Shown here piece by piece: positions 61,810-64,000 of a stretch of 64,000 bases of DNA; the stretch's first letter is position 1, and each line of letters starts with the position of its first letter. Position numbers and translations under genes: made by a program. The DNA is from Desulfatiglandales bacterium (GTDB lineage: Bacteria > Desulfobacterota > DSM-4660 > Desulfatiglandales > Desulfatiglandaceae), in the NCBI GenBank assembly GCA_963662465.1, contig OY759599.1, forward strand, positions 4,960,001-5,024,000. The letters are read 5' to 3'. The notes under the pieces were generated by a model, which had not been told where the DNA came from, did no database searches, and saw nothing but the letters and a program-made list of their open reading frames with translations.

Positions 61810-62193
61810 TCAGTTCTTTGCAGCGCTCTCACCCTCTTCCTTGGCCAATAGTTGTACCACGGAAATGGAGGCGCTATCTCCCTTTCGAAAGCCCTTTTTG
61901 ATGATTCTAAGATACCCACCCTGCCTGTTCGAATACCGATGCTTCAATTCATCAAAAAGTCTATGGGTAACATTTTTATCCTGCATATAGCTAAGGGCCT
62001 GACGCCTCGCATGAAGATCGCCTCTTTTTGCAAGCGTAATCATCTTTTCGGCAATCGGCCTGATCGCTTTGGCTTTGGCGTCAGTGGTTTCTATCTGCTC
62101 ATATTTAAAAAGCGACGTCACCATATTTCTCAGCATCGCCCTGCGATGACTCGTATTCCGCCCTAACTGATTTCCAGCCTTCCTGTGCCTCAT
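61810..62193 (-). CDS. rplQ: 50S ribosomal protein L17
   Basis: MRHRK...[12 protein letters not shown]. Confidence 0.98.
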   Translation of the reverse strand: MRHRKAGNQLGRNTSHRRAMLRNMVTSLFKYEQIETTDAKAKAIRPIAEKMITLAKRGDLHARRQALSYMQDKNVTHRLFDELKHRYSNRQGGYLRIIKKGFRKGDSASISVVQLLAKEEGESAAKN

Positions 62194-62204
62194 CGATTTT
62201 TCCC

Positions 62205-63398
62205 CTATTCCTGATCCTTTTTGTCACCATTCTCTTCTTCTAAGTCTTCGCCTCTTTGCACAGTAGAAGTTTCATCATCCTCCCCTACCATCAATGCAGC
62301 CTCTTCTTCATCTTCAGGAAGAATCTCGTCTTCATCGAACGAATCAGTGTTGTCCTCTTCTTCATCCAAGTCCTGGGAGGGCGCAAAAAAATCAAGTTTC
62401 ATGCCCAAAGAAAGCCCCATATCAGTCAAAATGGCTTTTATTTCATTTAAAGATTTCCGTCCAAAATTCTTTGTTTTGAGCATTTCAGCATCTGTCTTCT
62501 GAACCAATTCGCCAATGAGATTAATCTTGGCATTTTGCAAACAATTGGCAGACCGAACGGATAATTCAAGATCGGAAACCGGGCGGAAAAGGTTCTCGTT
62601 AACATCTTCGTTCTGGCTAACTTCTTCTTCCTCAAAAGGTTCAGCTTCTTCTTCAAAATTAATAAACGGATTCATCTGTTCCTTGAGGATCTTAGCTGCA
62701 AAAGCAACTGCGTCTTCAGGAAAAACACTTCCATCAGTCCAGACCTCCAAGGTAAGCTTATCATAATCCGTAACTTGCCCTACTCTCGAATTGGTGATCA
62801 CATAATTAACTTTTTGAACACACGAAAACGCTGCATCAATGGCGATAACCCCGATGGGCATACTTTCGTCTTTAAGCCTTTCAGCGGGAACATACCCCTT
62901 GCCCATTCTGACCACCATCTCCATATTCAACTTGCCTTCTTTGTTCAAGGTGGCAATGTGCTGATCAGGTTCAAGAATCTCTACAAAACCCTCAGTTTGA
63001 ATATCCCCCGCCGTAACGACGCCTTCACCTTCTCGACTGATATGAATAATAGCTTCTTCAACATCAAGGGCCTTAAGTTTAATCTCCTTCAGATTGAGAA
63101 TGATATCTGTAACATCCTCCAACACACCGGGTATGCTGGAGAATTCATGAACGACGCCGTCAAACTTAACAGATACAATCGCCGCCCCCTGCAGGGATGA
63201 TAGCAGAATTCGCCTCAACGAATTTCCGATCGTAATGCCAAAGCCCCTCTCCAGCGGCTCACATACAAATTTACCGTAAGTATTTGTATTGTTTTCTTGA
63301 TCGATTTCAATCCGTTTTGGTTTTATCAACTCCCGCCAATTTCTGCTTTTTAGATCTGCCAAAAAAGCCTCCCCATTGATTGATTCACTTTTTTGCAA
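62205..63398 (-). CDS. rpoA: RNA polymerase alpha subunit
   Basis: [40 protein letters not shown]. Confidence 0.98.
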   Translation of the reverse strand: MQKSESINGEAFLADLKSRNWRELIKPKRIEIDQENNTNTYGKFVCEPLERGFGITIGNSLRRILLSSLQGAAIVSVKFDGVVHEFSSIPGVLEDVTDIILNLKEIKLKALDVEEAIIHISREGEGVVTAGDIQTEGFVEILEPDQHIATLNKEGKLNMEMVVRMGKGYVPAERLKDESMPIGVIAIDAAFSCVQKVNYVITNSRVGQVTDYDKLTLEVWTDGSVFPEDAVAFAAKILKEQMNPFINFEEEAEPFEEEEVSQNEDVNENLFRPVSDLELSVRSANCLQNAKINLIGELVQKTDAEMLKTKNFGRKSLNEIKAILTDMGLSLGMKLDFFAPSQDLDEEEDNTDSFDEDEILPEDEEEAALMVGEDDETSTVQRGEDLEEENGDKKDQE

Positions 63399-63430
63399 TG
63401 CATCCTCAGTAAATTCTCAGCTGAATCATC

Positions 63431-64000
63431 CTACTTCGAGTATAATTCGACAATAAGCTGTTCCTGAATCGGCATCGTTAGATCTTCTCGATTTGGCAGC
63501 CCCTTCATTGTCCCCTTATAGGCTGCCTTATCTACTTCCATCCAGCCTGGAACACCACGCCTGACCACTGTCTCCAGAGCCTCAACAATCTGGGAAATTT
63601 CTCGACTTTTCTCCTTTGGCTCAACAACATCACCCATTTTCACCTGAAATGAGGGAATATTGACTTTTCTCTGGTTGACTAAAAAGTGATTATGTCTAAC
63701 CAACTGCCGAGCCTGTGTTCTGGAGGCGGCAAAACCCATCTTATACACAACATTATCCAATCTACTTTCAAGCAACAGGAGCAGATTCGTGCCGGTAATG
63801 CCCTTTTGTTTATCCGCCCTATAGTAATATCCCTTAAACTGTTTCTCCAGGATACCATAAATTCTTTTAACCTTCTGTTTCTCTCTGAGCTGCTGGTTGT
63901 AGTCAGAGAGCTTTCCCCCTCTTCGCTGGCCATGCTGTCCAGGCGCATAGGCCCGCCTCTCAAATGCGCATTTATCTCCGTAGCAACGATCTCCCTTAAG
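63431..64000 (-). CDS. rpsD: 30S ribosomal protein S4, start outside the window
   Basis: [10 protein letters not shown]...ARQLVRH, IVELYSK. Confidence 0.97.
   Translation of the reverse strand, partial: LKGDRCYGDKCAFERRAYAPGQHGQRRGGKLSDYNQQLREKQKVKRIYGILEKQFKGYYYRADKQKGITGTNLLLLLESRLDNVVYKMGFAASRTQARQLVRHNHFLVNQRKVNIPSFQVKMGDVVEPKEKSREISQIVEALETVVRRGVPGWMEVDKAAYKGTMKGLPNREDLTMPIQEQLIVELYSK

Overview
Chromosomal window from a sulfate-reducing deltaproteobacterium (Desulfobacterota). The N-terminally extended DsrA suggests a Desulfatiglans-like lineage (inference). Left to right: (1) a Cys-less thiolase-fold/DUF35 pair, an XRE regulator and an acyl-CoA dehydrogenase. (2) A type II FAS/PKS-like lipid cluster with two ACPs, a fused KS-CLF, two hotdog dehydratases, FabG, LolA, two B12-radical SAM enzymes and an ABC exporter. 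(3) A TetR-EMO-etfBA-ACD beta-oxidation module. (4) A chromosomal integron (about 21.3-30.6 kb) with heavily nested insertions. An ORF-deleted group II intron sits at the attI core and carries a large-serine-recombinase element, which has its own 558-bp insert. A BrnT/BrnA cassette follows, and its attC is split by a second group II intron whose RT is broken by a 327-bp gene-less element with tyrosine-recombinase-type sites and a 36-bp perfect palindrome. (5) A dsr neighbourhood: ATP-grasp, DVU0298-like, a vapBC islet between 40-bp direct repeats, YkgJ-TPR-YcaO, dsrABD, dsrN and dsrC. (6) A cimA-leuACD-ilvBNC operon with an unannotated 11-Leu attenuator leader and a probable ATT start on ilvB. 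(7) rhuM/hsdR remnants, a radical SAM gene, a sigma54 regulator, pyrBC and rplQ-rpoA-rpsD. All calls come from reading motifs by eye; no searches were run.
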